From Candidatus Eiseniibacteriota bacterium (lineage in GTDB: Bacteria; Eisenbacteria; RBG-16-71-46; JABDJR01), in contig CAVXKA010000001.1 in NCBI GenBank assembly GCA_963762255.1, positions 1,152,001-1,216,000 of the forward strand: a DNA stretch of 64,000 nt, written 5' to 3'. A program made the translations under genes and the position numbers. The stretch's first letter is position 1. The number at the start of each line of letters is the position of its first letter. The notes beneath the pieces were generated by a model, which was not told the origin of the DNA, made no database searches, and was given only the letters and a program-made list of their open reading frames with translations. Positions 20,942 through 31,801 of this stretch are shown here, piece after piece.

Positions 20942-22990
20942 CTACCTGCCGCCGGGCAGAAGCACCACGCGCATCGCCTGCGCGGCTCCCGCGGGACGCA
21001 GGAAGTAGGCGCCGGGAGCCAACCGCATACCGCTTGCGTCGCGGCCATCCCATACCAGATCACCGGCTGCGCCGGTCGACAACGAGCGCACCCGCCGCCC
21101 ACGCACGTCGAACACGTCGATCCGCACCCACGGCGCGGCACCGGCAAGGTTCAGGCGATCGCGGAACGGGTTGGGCCACGCGGCGAGCCGCGCGGGCAGG
21201 ATGGGCTCCACGGCGGTGGTCGCGTCGAGGATGTTCTCGTCCAGCATCTTGTTCGCTGGATCGAGCACCACCGAGATCGGCGAGGCTGAAACCGGGAACG
21301 AGAGCACCTGGCTCTGGCTCTCGATCCAGCCCGTCACCAGCGTATCGCCGGCGGTCGTGGTGATGCGCACCTCGAGCGGGTATCGGAAGATCGTCCCGCT
21401 GGTCTGCATCTGGTGCGCAACGATCTGCACCAGCCATTGCTCCCCGATCTGCGCGAACATCGGGGTGTAGTAGAGCTTGGGGTGTCCCTTCCCATAGAGC
21501 CATTGATCGAAGAACCACTGGAGCGACGCGCCGTAGTGCGGCTCCATGGCCGCCTGAAAGTCCGCGCTGGTCGCGGCGCCGAAGGCATGCGCGTTCAGGT
21601 AATCCGTGATACCCGCGTCGAACGGCGCCTTTCCCATGAGGTGGCGCAACATGTTCAGCACCCAGCCGCCCTTGTAGTACTCGATGCGGCTGAAGAGGTA
21701 CTGCGGCGGGGGATCGATGATGGGATGATCCTGGCCGGCATTCTCCGCGCTGAACACCTGGTTCTGCGCGTTCTGCATGCGACTCGCGAACGTGGCGGGG
21801 CCGTAGAAGTTCTCCTGCCAGACCGCCTCATAGAAGGTGGCGAACCCCTCGTTGAGCCAGATATGCGCCCAGCCGCCGCAGGTCACCAGGTCACCGAACC
21901 ACTGATGGGCGAGTTCATGGGCGGTCACCCATTCGTAGGTGAGGCCGCTGGTGAAGATGAACGAGGCCATCAGGGTCGCGCTCTGGTGCTCCATCCCGCC
22001 GCCGAAGTTCGCCTCGCACATCGCGTACTTGTCGAAGGGGTAGGGGACGACGGTGGAGTCGTAGAAGGCGATCATCTCGTCGACATGCTGGAACGCGACG
22101 GTGGCCTGTGGGACGTGTGCCGGGTACGTGTACCAGACGAGCGGCGTGACCGAGAACGCCGGCGTCACCGTCGAGTAGTTGGAGATCGCCGCCGCCATCA
22201 GGTAGGTGGCGAGCGGATGGTCCTCGCGCCAGTGATAGACCAGGTCGCTCCCGGCCACGGTCGTGGAGTCGAGCACCCCGTTGCCGGCCAGGATCTTCCC
22301 CGCGGGTACGCGCCCGTGGAGCGAGAGCGTCGCCTTGTCCCAGGGGACGTCGCGGCAGGGGAACCAGTAGCGCGAGCCCTCGGGTTCGGTGAACGTGTAC
22401 GCGGCGTCGGCATAGTTGTAGAACGCGCTCGTCGGGTGCCCACCGTAGTCGATTGCCACGGTCACCGTATCGCCCGGTGTCGGAGTGGGCGACACGGTGA
22501 TGGTGATGCCGGTGCCGTCCTGCACGAACGAGAGCGGCGCACCGGCACCGTTGCGCACGGCCGACGCGGCGAGCCCCACCAAGTCGAGGCGCAGCGTGTT
22601 CCCAGCGGTGCTTCCCCAGAGTACGGTCAACGTCGCGTTGCCCTGGATCGTGGTGTCACTGAGTCCGAAGGTGAGGGCGAGATCGTAGTGCAGCGCGTCC
22701 GCGGGAGGATCGGTTTCGACGGGGGGCCAAACGGACAGGCTCCGCAGCCGTCCGGATTCCCATGCGCCCAGGTCGAAATCCGCGGCAGGGGCGCCCTGGT
22801 CGAGAGGGCCGGCATGGTTGGAGTCGGTGACCCGACTCTGGACCAGCGGCAGGTGCCAGTCCTTCACGGGAACTTCCGCGGGATCGAACGGCGTTTCTTC
22901 CTGGATCTCCACAGGAGAGAGGCCGAGCAGCGGGATCAGCAGGAGGAACGGCAGCGCTACGCGTCGGAGCGAAGTTGCGATCATGGCCAC
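20942..22990 (-). CDS. Secreted M1-family zinc aminopeptidase with FlgD-Ig/T9SS-like C-terminal domain
   Basis: GGMEHQ, HELAHQWFGD..WLNEGFATF, YYKGGWVLNMLR; AWPNPF..FDVRGRRVR..WDGRD..PGAYF. Confidence 0.9.
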   Translation of the reverse strand: MAMIATSLRRVALPFLLLIPLLGLSPVEIQEETPFDPAEVPVKDWHLPLVQSRVTDSNHAGPLDQGAPAADFDLGAWESGRLRSLSVWPPVETDPPADALHYDLALTFGLSDTTIQGNATLTVLWGSTAGNTLRLDLVGLAASAVRNGAGAPLSFVQDGTGITITVSPTPTPGDTVTVAIDYGGHPTSAFYNYADAAYTFTEPEGSRYWFPCRDVPWDKATLSLHGRVPAGKILAGNGVLDSTTVAGSDLVYHWREDHPLATYLMAAAISNYSTVTPAFSVTPLVWYTYPAHVPQATVAFQHVDEMIAFYDSTVVPYPFDKYAMCEANFGGGMEHQSATLMASFIFTSGLTYEWVTAHELAHQWFGDLVTCGGWAHIWLNEGFATFYEAVWQENFYGPATFASRMQNAQNQVFSAENAGQDHPIIDPPPQYLFSRIEYYKGGWVLNMLRHLMGKAPFDAGITDYLNAHAFGAATSADFQAAMEPHYGASLQWFFDQWLYGKGHPKLYYTPMFAQIGEQWLVQIVAHQMQTSGTIFRYPLEVRITTTAGDTLVTGWIESQSQVLSFPVSASPISVVLDPANKMLDENILDATTAVEPILPARLAAWPNPFRDRLNLAGAAPWVRIDVFDVRGRRVRSLSTGAAGDLVWDGRDASGMRLAPGAYFLRPAGAAQAMRVVLLPGGR

Positions 22991-23114
22991 ATCCTCGGTG
23001 AAGGGATCGAAACAGGCACGTTGAGTATAGCCGATCCTCGCCCCCCACCCGCTGGAACCGAGGCAGCGGCGGCGCTAAAGTTGAGGGCGTCCCCACTGAC
23101 AGATGGAGGTTGCC

Positions 23115-23831
23115 ATGTCGCGTCACCCGGTTCTGCCCCTCACTTGCAGCATCTGCGGTCGCACCTTCCCGCGTCCGCAGCTTGTCCCCGCAGAGACCCT
23201 GCGCGCGGGCATCGTAGCGGAGATCGAGCGCGAACGGTCGGGGTGGCTCGCGGACGGCTTCGTGTGTCGGGACGATCTCATCCGGTTTCGCGAGCGCTAC
23301 ATCGAGGGCCTGGTGGAGACCGAGAAGGGTGAGCTGACCACGCTCGAGCAGGAAGTCGTCGAGAGTCTCAAGCAGCACGAGATTCTCTCCCGGAACATCG
23401 ACGACGAATTCGACCGGGATCTGAGCCCCGGGGACCGCCTCGCCGACGGTCTCGCAAGCTTCGGAGGAAGCTGGCGGTTCATCATCCTCTTCGGGGCGGT
23501 CATCGTGGTCTGGATAGCGCTCAACGCCGTTCTTCTTATCCGCAAACCCTTCGATCCCTATCCTTTCATTCTTCTCAACCTTGTGCTCTCCTGCCTCGCC
23601 GCCATCCAGGCCCCCGTCATCATGATGAGCCAGAACCGCCAGGAGTGGCGCGACCGCCTGCGCGCGAAGCACGACTACCAGGTGAACATGAAGGCCGAAC
23701 TGGAGATCCGCCAGCTTCACGAGAAACTGGATCACTTGCTGTCCCATCAATGGGAACGGCTGGTCGAGATTCAACAGGTTCAGCTCGAGCTGATGAGCGA
23801 GATGGCGTCGCCGAAGCCCAAGAAGGAGTAG
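23115..23831 (+). CDS. DUF1003 membrane protein with N-terminal Zn-ribbon-like segment
   Basis: GDRLADGLASFGGSWRFI..FDPYPFILLNLVLSCLAAIQAPVIMMSQNRQ; N-terminal CSICG. Confidence 0.9.
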   Translation: MSRHPVLPLTCSICGRTFPRPQLVPAETLRAGIVAEIERERSGWLADGFVCRDDLIRFRERYIEGLVETEKGELTTLEQEVVESLKQHEILSRNIDDEFDRDLSPGDRLADGLASFGGSWRFIILFGAVIVVWIALNAVLLIRKPFDPYPFILLNLVLSCLAAIQAPVIMMSQNRQEWRDRLRAKHDYQVNMKAELEIRQLHEKLDHLLSHQWERLVEIQQVQLELMSEMASPKPKKE

Positions 23832-23835
23832 AGCC

Positions 23836-24564
23836 ATGCGCGTGACGACGCGATGGGGATGGATGGCCGCAGTGTTCGGCGGGCTCGTGCTTCTCGCCGC
23901 TGCCGCCCCGCCCTCCGCGGAGCGCCGCGAGGAAAGGAACGCCATGGTCGTGGATATCCTGAGTCGTTATCCGAGTCCCGGCGTTGACGATCCCCGCGTT
24001 CTGGCCGCGATGGCCGCGGTGCCTCGGCACCGGTTCGTGCCGGAAGGAGTCCGTGACCGGGCGTACGAAGACATGCCGCTACCCATCGGCTACGGGCAGA
24101 CGATTTCGCAGCCCTACATTGTCGGTCTCATGACGCAGCTCGCCGATGTGGACTCCGGGATGAAGGTGCTCGAGATCGGCACCGGCTCGGGGTATCAGGC
24201 GGCGATCCTCGCCGAGCTGACACCCGACGTGTACACGATCGAGATCCTGGCGCCGCTGGCGGCGCAAGCGAAGGCCGTGCTGCTGGAACTCGGCTATACG
24301 ACGGTGCACTGCAGGACGGGGGACGGATACGCGGGTTGGCCTGAGGCCGCGCCCTTCGACCGCATCCTCGTCACCGCCGCGCCGGACCATGTGCCGCCGG
24401 CTCTGGTGGAGCAGCTCGCACCGGGCGGGCGCATGATCATTCCGGTCGGTCCGCGCTGGGGCGCGCAGTCGTTGGTGCGGCTCACCAAGGACGATACGGG
24501 AAAGGTACGCACCGAGAAGGTGCTGCCGGTTGCGTTCGTGCCTCTGGTGCGCGAGGAGAAGTAG
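23836..24564 (+). CDS. pcm: Protein-L-isoaspartate O-methyltransferase (with a signal-like N-terminus)
   Basis: VPRHRFVP, PLPIGYGQTISQPYIV, VLEIGTGSGYQAA, APFDRILVTAA, FVPLV. Confidence 0.95.
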   Translation: MRVTTRWGWMAAVFGGLVLLAAAAPPSAERREERNAMVVDILSRYPSPGVDDPRVLAAMAAVPRHRFVPEGVRDRAYEDMPLPIGYGQTISQPYIVGLMTQLADVDSGMKVLEIGTGSGYQAAILAELTPDVYTIEILAPLAAQAKAVLLELGYTTVHCRTGDGYAGWPEAAPFDRILVTAAPDHVPPALVEQLAPGGRMIIPVGPRWGAQSLVRLTKDDTGKVRTEKVLPVAFVPLVREEK

Positions 24565-24575
24565 CCGACCGCAAA

Positions 24576-24595
24576 ATGCTCACCCGGGTGAGCAT
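24576..24595. repeat. Palindrome family copy 1: ATGCTCACCCGGGTGAGCAT
   Basis: 20-bp perfect palindrome between convergent genes; the same core recurs at 57409, 58644, 59325 and 62236. Confidence 0.85.
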
Positions 24596-24632
24596 CGGGC
24601 CTAACCACTCGTTGCATCCCACGCGAGGTGGA

Positions 24633-25685
24633 TCAGTGATCGTGCCGGTGGTGCAGGTCCGGCCAGTGCGGATGAGCGTGCGCGAGCGGCTGGTGCGTGT
24701 GCCAATGCGTGTGCGCCCCGTCGCGGGGCGGTTCCGCGTGCTCGTGGAGGTGATGCGCATCGTCGTGCCGGTGCCGATGCACGTGCTCCTGCTGTCCGTG
24801 AACGTGCTCGTGTCCGTGGCCGCTGCGGAATAGCACGGTCACGGAGGCCGCCAGAACGACCGCGGCGGCGATCTCGATGATCCCGATCGGTTCGTGGAGG
24901 GCCAGCACCGAGACGGCTGCGCCCATGAAAGGCGCGGTCGCGAACAGGGCCTGGGCCCTCGTCGCGCCCAACTCCTGCGCCGATCCGATGTAGAGCAAGA
25001 TGCTGATGCCGTACGACACCGCCCCGAGGCCGATGGCCCCGGCGATCGCAGCGGGCGGGGCATGGAGTGGACTCAACAGCGCGCCGAGCCCGAGGTTCAC
25101 CAGGCCCGCGACGATTCCCTTCCACAGCGTACTTCGGGCGGGGGTGATGCCATCGATGAGCGCGGTGAGCTGATTGTCGAGTCCCCAGCACAGACACGCC
25201 CCGGCCACGAGAGCTCCGGAGAGTAGACCCGGATTTCCGCCGTGCCCGGAAAGGAGTGCGGCGGCCAACGTGATCCCCGTCACCCCGAACCACCCCAGGC
25301 GGTGAAGGTGGTCCCGGAAGAAAATGACCCCCAGCGCCGCGGTGGCAGCCATCTCGAGGTTCAGGACCAGTGCCACCGAACTCGCCGCTGCGATGCGCAG
25401 TCCCGAGAGAAGAAGGACCGGGGCAAGCACGCCACCGAAGAGAATCGCGAGGGTCAGACGGCCGCCGCCGCCGCGGCGCGCCCGACCGGAGGCTCGACGC
25501 GTTTCCATCGCGACCACGGGGAGAACCCCGACCGCTGCGCCGAGGTAGAGAAGACCCGCGAGTTGGAGCGGCGCCAAGTGACGCAACAGGATCTTGCTTG
25601 CGGGCGTGGAGACGCCGAAGAGCAAAGCCGATGTCAAAGCGAGCATGACCGCGCTCGCGGGCGCGCCCCCGCGAACGCGCGGCAA
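24633..25685 (-). CDS. DMT/EamA-family transporter with His-rich C-terminal tail
   Basis: About 10 hydrophobic segments; LAGLLYLGA, LNLEMAATA, WGLDNQLT; tail HGHEHVHG..HRHRHDDAHHLHEH..HWPDLHHRHDH. Confidence 0.85.
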   Translation of the reverse strand: MPRVRGGAPASAVMLALTSALLFGVSTPASKILLRHLAPLQLAGLLYLGAAVGVLPVVAMETRRASGRARRGGGGRLTLAILFGGVLAPVLLLSGLRIAAASSVALVLNLEMAATAALGVIFFRDHLHRLGWFGVTGITLAAALLSGHGGNPGLLSGALVAGACLCWGLDNQLTALIDGITPARSTLWKGIVAGLVNLGLGALLSPLHAPPAAIAGAIGLGAVSYGISILLYIGSAQELGATRAQALFATAPFMGAAVSVLALHEPIGIIEIAAAVVLAASVTVLFRSGHGHEHVHGQQEHVHRHRHDDAHHLHEHAEPPRDGAHTHWHTHQPLAHAHPHWPDLHHRHDH

Positions 25686-26138
25686 CTACACCGTCCCCTT
25701 GAAGAGAGCCTTGTAGTCGATCGACGGAGCCTTGATCTGCGTGGCCAGGGACACGTACTTGCGGGCGAGAGCGTCCTTGCCCATGCCGAGCACTGTGCCC
25801 ACCAGTCCGAGCGCCTCGGCGAAATCGCGCGGATCGAGCCCCTTGAGCACCCGCGTCCAGATCGCCTCTTCCAGAACGTTGAACGCGGTCTGCACTTCGA
25901 GGAGATCGAATCCGGCGGTGAAGCGCTCTTCCGCGATGCGCCCGGCGTACTGCACCATCGGTTCGGCGTTGCGGCTCGCCATCGTCTCGCGCGCAAGATC
26001 GAAGAGGCGCTGCAGCCTCTCCCGCGCGGCGGCCTCGCCCTCCGCTTCATAGTGCTTGAGGTGGCAGCGTCCAAGCGACTCAAGCGCTTCGCGGACGATG
26101 TCGTCCCGATGGCGGTCCAGCAAGTCGAATACGGTCAT
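25686..26138 (-). CDS. Small all-helical protein, RsbRD N-terminal (globin-like) type
   Basis: IAEERFTAGFDLLEVQTAFNVLEEAIW; GGGGAGG RBS; abuts the DMT gene. Confidence 0.55.
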   Translation of the reverse strand: MTVFDLLDRHRDDIVREALESLGRCHLKHYEAEGEAAARERLQRLFDLARETMASRNAEPMVQYAGRIAEERFTAGFDLLEVQTAFNVLEEAIWTRVLKGLDPRDFAEALGLVGTVLGMGKDALARKYVSLATQIKAPSIDYKALFKGTV

Positions 26139-26214
26139 CTCACATCCCCTCCCATTCCTCGGCGCGAGGCGCGCGCCGCGCCGAGGCCCCAGACTGGCTC
26201 TCTGCGACCGCAGG

Positions 26215-29200
26215 TCAGGGCAGGAGCACCATCCGCCGCGCGGTTTCCTGGTTCTCCGCGGTGATCCGGTAGAAGTACACGCCCGCGCTCACCCTCCGGC
26301 CCCGTTCATCGCGGCCGTCCCAGACTTTCTCGTGCGAACCGGCCGTGCTCAGCTCCGCTCTAGCCAAGGTGCGCACCAGGCGGCCCTGGTAGTCGAAGAC
26401 GCGCAGCGTCACCGGGCAATCCTGCTCGAGGCGATAGCCGATCGTGGTCTGCGGGCGGAACGGGTTCGGCGCGTTGCCGAGATACGACACCATGCCCGCG
26501 TCCCGCTCGTCGTCCACCGGCGGGGTCGTGCCCCCTAGCGGCTTGAGGCGAATGTCGGCCAGTACCGCCGCGGTGTGGTCGTTGAGTTCGATCGGGGTTG
26601 GCGTCCCGCTTGCATCCAAGCTGAAGTAGGCCGGTGCGAAGCCGGGCCGGTCGGCGAACGCGTAGTACGTCCCCGCGGGAAGACCGGTGAGGACCAGCGT
26701 GCCGTTGTCGCTGCTCGAGCCGCCCGCACCCGGGATCTCGACCGGAGACATCGAGAGCGCGTTCACCAGATAGAAGAACGCGCCGCGCAGGTTCTCGCGG
26801 TGCAAGGCCATGACGAGGCTTCGCACGCTCGCGCTCGCCATGCCGGCACCCGCGCCGGGTTCGGTGCCCGCGCCGCCGTCGGTGCCGCCACCGTTGCCGT
26901 CGCCCACGCTGATCGAGTCCTCGCCCCCGCCGGAACCGGTCGAGTCACCGACCGCCACGCGCACGCGGCCGGCCTGAATGAACGGACCGCCGTTCAGCGC
27001 GGCACGCAACGTCATCGCCAACGGCGCCAGACGGATCCAGGGTCCGCCTGTCCCCACGCGCTGGGAAGCTTCCCACTTGTGGACATTCGGGTAGTACGCG
27101 GGCACGAAACCCTCGGCTTCCGCCGACAAGAGCACCTGCACCCCGACGGGAAGCCCGCCGACGTGGAACTGCCCCTCAGGGCCGGTCAGGACCGAGAACA
27201 CGGGACCATAGGGGCTTTCGGGATCTACGAACACGCGCACCAGCGCACCGGGGACGGGCGCTCCCGACGGATCGAAGATGCTGCCGGAGACGAAGCCGTC
27301 GTCGGGAGGCGTGACGACTTTGCCCACGAAGATACGACCGGCGTCGACCGGCATGCCCGGAAAGACCGAGAGCGGCACGGCCTGATCATAGGGAACGCCG
27401 CCCGGGTAGTACGCGGGCGCGGAATTCTCCAACTCCGCGGAAACGTAGTACGCGAGGCTTCCGTCCTCGCTCGCGGTGATCCCATCGACATAGAAGTGGC
27501 CGTCGGGCCCGACGATCGTGCGCAGCTCGTATGGTGCAAACGTCGGATAGGCTGCGGAAATCCGCACGACCGCCCCCGCGGCGGGCACGAGGCAGCGTTC
27601 TCCGTTGGGATCGCCGTCGGCACAGCGCACGTCGCCTCGGTACACCCATCCCTCGATGGCGCCATTCGGACCGGGGCCGACGAACGGGTAGAGAATGAAG
27701 TCGATCCCGCTCGTCGTCTCCCCCGGCGCCACGTCCACCCATTGCGTACCGTCCGCGCGGAAGGCGCCGCTGAAGTACTGGAGACCGTAGCCTTCCTTAT
27801 AGACGCTCACTACGTAGGGCGTGTCGGGCGGCAGCCGCAACGCGTACTTGCCGCTCGCGTCGGTCACGGCGCGATAGCCGATCGCGTTGGCGGTCATGTC
27901 GGGCAGGATCGGCGTGGCCACCACCTCGGCATCGGCCAGCGGTTGCGGCGGCCCATCGTTGGTCGGATGCATCGCAAGCACCGTCCCCGCGATGAGCGGC
28001 CGGTGCCGACGGGTCCGAGGGTGCGAGGTCGAAGCGAATCGGCTGAGGCAGGACCGCTGCGTCCATGCTGGGATCGGGTACCTGGATCAACGTGGCGTCA
28101 GCGATCAGTGCGGCATGGTTCCAGTACTGGTAACGATGCGCCCCGCCCCGCCCGGCGATCAATCGATAGGTGCCGGGAGGCGCGTCCATGTGGAAACTGC
28201 CATCCGGCCCGGTGTACGCAAGAATGCGAGAAGGAACCCCAGGGAACGGCGGCCAGGACCCATCGCCTGAACTATCCTCTCCCTTGTCCGGCGGCACCGA
28301 CCCGGTGTCCGTCAGCGTGTAGATCACCGGAATCGCGACCACCAACGCTCCGTCCACCGGCATTCCCTCGGGAATGGCCGACAGCGCGAAGACCGAGCCG
28401 TCGATGGGGTAAGTCTCGGGCGGCGGGGGAGGCTCGTTGCCGGGGAGTTTGAGCACGATGTCGTCGCGGTAGACGCCGGGAGCGAGATCGATCGGCAGCG
28501 CCTGCGCGGGATCGGTCACGCCGGGATACCAGACGACGCGTCGGGTGTTCGCTCCCGTCGCATCCCAGACGCTGCCCACCTCCACGCGAAGGTAGTGCCG
28601 GCCGGGCGTGACGTTTCCAAAGAGGAACCAGCCTTCCGGCCCGATCGGCGCGCCGTACTCCGGTGCGGTCGACGGCGTGAGAATGCTGTCGTTGGTGCCG
28701 TAGCTCAGCATCGCAACGCCGTCCAGCATCTGTCCGTCGAACTCGCCGACCACGCGGCCCGCGAGCGCGGCCACGTTGGGATCCAACGCGCGCACCTCGA
28801 AGGGCACCTGCAAGCGTCCCACCTCGCGGATGAAAAGCGTCGCGACGTGGGGGCCCGGACTCAGCGGATACTGCGCGGGATCGTGCAGGAGTTGCGGGTC
28901 GTTCTCGGGATCGAAGGTGATGCTCTCGCCGGGTGCGAGCGTGATCTGCCGCGCGAACTCCGCGCAGGCCCACATCGGGGTGTAGATGCCGTCGATCGTG
29001 TAGTGAACGGGGCATCCGTCCACGACGAACGTCGCGGTCGAGTCGCCGGAGTTGGTGACGGTAATATGGAAGCCCATCGGTTCGCCGACATCGGCCACCC
29101 GCGGCTCCGCCCATCCGTTCATTGCGAACGAGTTCGAGACCGTTCCCTGCACCGTGATCCGCGTCTGCGCGCGGGCGTGACCGAGGATTTCGCCGGTGAT

Positions 29201-29599
29201 GACGTGGGGTCCGGGCGTGAGACGATAGTCGTTGGAGGTGTGCGTGAACCGGCCGAGGATCTTGTCCTCGCCGGGAGCCAGCGTCACATAGGTGACTAGC
29301 AAGGTGCACCCGACGTGGTTGATCGAGTTGTAAGCATCGTCGATGCGGTAGGCGGCGTGGCATCCGCTCCTGAAATCGAGCGTCACCGACTCCTGCGTCG
29401 CGTTGATCGCGTGAACCGCAATCTCTATCGCTTCATCCGGCGCGTAGGCGAACTTGTCGGTGACAACCCGCGCGAAGATGCCGCTGGTGCTGTCGGGAGG
29501 CTCCCCGGGCGGCAGTTGGGCTGACGCGGGCAGAGTAGCGGCCAGCATCAGCGTCGCAATCACGAAGGCGATAGTGAGACGGGGTCGGTTGCGCAACAT
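26215..29599 (-). CDS. Large secreted Ig-repeat protein (two BsuPI-like domains, carboxypeptidase-regulatory-like repeats, FlgD-Ig CTD); frameshift near 27990
   Basis: Signal peptide; VTLDFRSGC..C..VTLAPGE occurs twice; repeats I.G.V...P..GA.V..T..DG.F..L.PG.Y..YYPG; GNAPNPFRPQT..FDYQGRLVRTL..WDGRDE..GVYFY. Two ORFs join into one architecture. Confidence 0.75.
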
Positions 29600-29846
29600 G
29601 ACGGCACCCCCTTGCGCCTTATGGACCCGGGCGGCGTGAAGCCGCGGAATCGTTCGAGGGGTATCCTCCGGGTTGCTGGGCGCTTACGGAGGAATTGTAC
29701 CGCAGTCGGCGCGCGCTGGTTTCGTGGCGTGTAATGGGTTACAAGATAACGAGTTGCTGGAATGTCGGCGAGGTCGGACTCCTGGTCCCCCTCAAGACCG
29801 CGCCCCCGGCTGCCAGGGTTGTGCCGCACAGGATAAGCTTCCCCCC

Positions 29847-30947
29847 ATGAACGCACAGACCCTCATCCTCTTCATCGCCGGGCTTGGGCTCCTCATCGTG
29901 GGCGCGGAATTGCTGGTGCGCGGGGCCTCGCGACTCGCCGCACTGCTCGGGATCTCGCCGCTTGCCATCGGTCTCACCGTCGTGGCGTTCGGCACCAGCG
30001 CGCCCGAGCTCGCTGTGTCCGTTCAATCCGCGATCTCCGGCCAGGCGGACCTCGCTCTCGGAAACGTGGTGGGGAGCAACATCTTCAACGTGCTCTTCAT
30101 CCTCGGCATCGCGGCGATCATTACCCCGCTCGTCGTATCGGTGCAGCTCGTGCGGCTGGACGTGCCGGTCATGATCGCAGCATCCGTCGCTCTGTTCCTT
30201 TGCGGGCTCGGTGGCGCCGTCACACGCATCGAAGGACTGTTCTTCGTGGCCGTCCTCATCGCCTACACCGTCTTCCTCCTGCGCAAGAGCCGCAAGGAAG
30301 CGCCAATCCTCCAGGACGAGGGACCCCATTTCGCTCCGCCCAAGCCGGGGACCTTGCCTCGCGCGGTGACGCTCAACGCGGTGCTCGTGCTCGGCGGCCT
30401 GGCCCTTCTCGTTCTGGGTTCGCGCTGGCTCGTGAACGGGGCGGTGAGCCTCGCCGAGTCACTCGGCGCAAGCAAGCTTGTGATCGGTCTCACGATCGTG
30501 GCCGCCGGCACCTCGCTCCCGGAACTCGCCACCTCGGTGTTGGCCGGCATCCGCGGACAGCGGGATATCGCGGTGGGCAACGTGGTGGGGAGCAACATCT
30601 TCAACGTGCTGGGCGTGCTGGGGCTTTCCGCGGCCATCTCTCCGGGAGGTGTGACCGTTTCGACTTCCGCGCTTCACTTCGATATCCCAGTCATGATCGC
30701 GGTGGCGGTGGCGTGTCTGCCGATCTTCTTCACCGGATCGAGAATCAACCGCTGGGAGGGTATCCTTTTCCTGGGTTTCTACGTCTCCTACGTGACGTAT
30801 CTGATCCTGCACGCCGCAGATCATGACGCGCTTCACGTTTACGGCCGTACCATGGCGTTCCTGGTGATCCCGCTGACCGCGATCACCCTGATCACGGTGG
30901 CGGCGCGGGAGCACCGAGCTAGGCGGGTTCCCGTCCCGGGGAAGTAG
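29847..30947 (+). CDS. Calcium/sodium antiporter (YrbG/CaCA family)
   Basis: Two alpha repeats: [24 protein letters not shown] and [24 protein letters not shown]. Confidence 0.95.
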   Translation: MNAQTLILFIAGLGLLIVGAELLVRGASRLAALLGISPLAIGLTVVAFGTSAPELAVSVQSAISGQADLALGNVVGSNIFNVLFILGIAAIITPLVVSVQLVRLDVPVMIAASVALFLCGLGGAVTRIEGLFFVAVLIAYTVFLLRKSRKEAPILQDEGPHFAPPKPGTLPRAVTLNAVLVLGGLALLVLGSRWLVNGAVSLAESLGASKLVIGLTIVAAGTSLPELATSVLAGIRGQRDIAVGNVVGSNIFNVLGVLGLSAAISPGGVTVSTSALHFDIPVMIAVAVACLPIFFTGSRINRWEGILFLGFYVSYVTYLILHAADHDALHVYGRTMAFLVIPLTAITLITVAAREHRARRVPVPGK

Positions 30948-31061
30948 TTGGCCTGGCGTCCGGCATTCGGTACACTTTTCGACTCTCAAACTAAACCATC
31001 AGCCCGCCCGCGGATTTCCGGTCCTTTTAGCGCCGAGCCGCGCGGCTCCAGGAGGAGTTTC

Positions 31062-31679
31062 ATGCAGGAACAGACCCCGTCCATCAGCAGCATCGTCGGG
31101 AAGAAGGCCCCGGATTTCGAGGTGATGGGCTATTTCAAGGGCGAGCTCAAGACCTTCAAGCTCTCCGACTACACGAGCAAGGGCAAGTGGGTGTACTTGC
31201 TGTTCTACCCGCTCGACTTCACATTCGTCTGCCCCACCGAGGTGCTCAGCTTCTCCAAGCACGCGGCTGAGTTCGAGAAGCGCGGCTGTCAGCTCCTCGG
31301 CTTCTCCGTCGACTCGCAGTTCACGCACAAGGCGTGGGTCGATTCCAAGGCGGAAGACGGCGGCCTCGGCGGGAGCCTCAACTACCCGCTGCTCGCCGAC
31401 ATCAACAAGACGGTGGCGGCTTCCTATGGGACGCTGAACGAGGCGGCGGGGGTGGCCCTTCGCGGTCTCTTCCTCATCGACCCGACCGGTCTGGTGCAGC
31501 AGGCCACGATCAACAACCTCTCGGTCGGGCGCTCGGCCACCGAGGCGCTGCGCATCCTCAAGGCCTTCCAGTACGTGGCGGCCCACGATGGTGAGGTCTG
31601 CCCCGCGGACTGGGACGAGGGCGAGGACACGATGAAGGCCAGCTCGAAGGGCATGCAGGAGTACCTCAAGAGCCACTAG
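31062..31679 (+). CDS. ahpC: Typical 2-Cys peroxiredoxin (AhpC/Prx1)
   Basis: FYPLDFTFVCPTE, ALRGLFLIDP, GEVCPADW; GGAGGAG RBS. Confidence 0.93.
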   Translation: MQEQTPSISSIVGKKAPDFEVMGYFKGELKTFKLSDYTSKGKWVYLLFYPLDFTFVCPTEVLSFSKHAAEFEKRGCQLLGFSVDSQFTHKAWVDSKAEDGGLGGSLNYPLLADINKTVAASYGTLNEAAGVALRGLFLIDPTGLVQQATINNLSVGRSATEALRILKAFQYVAAHDGEVCPADWDEGEDTMKASSKGMQEYLKSH

Positions 31680-31706
31680 GCCCGCATCGCAGCATCGGGT
31701 ACCTTC

Positions 31707-31740
31707 GGGGCGGGCCACCACGGCCCGCCCCTTTCTTTTT
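31707..31740 (+). terminator. Intrinsic terminator
   Basis: GGGGCGGGCC-accac-GGCCCGCCCC followed by TTTCTTTTT. Confidence 0.85.
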
Positions 31741-31801
31741 CGGACACGTCCGCCGCGGCGCCCGGGCCTGGGGGGCGTCGCCAACCAGCGAGGTAACGAC
31801 C

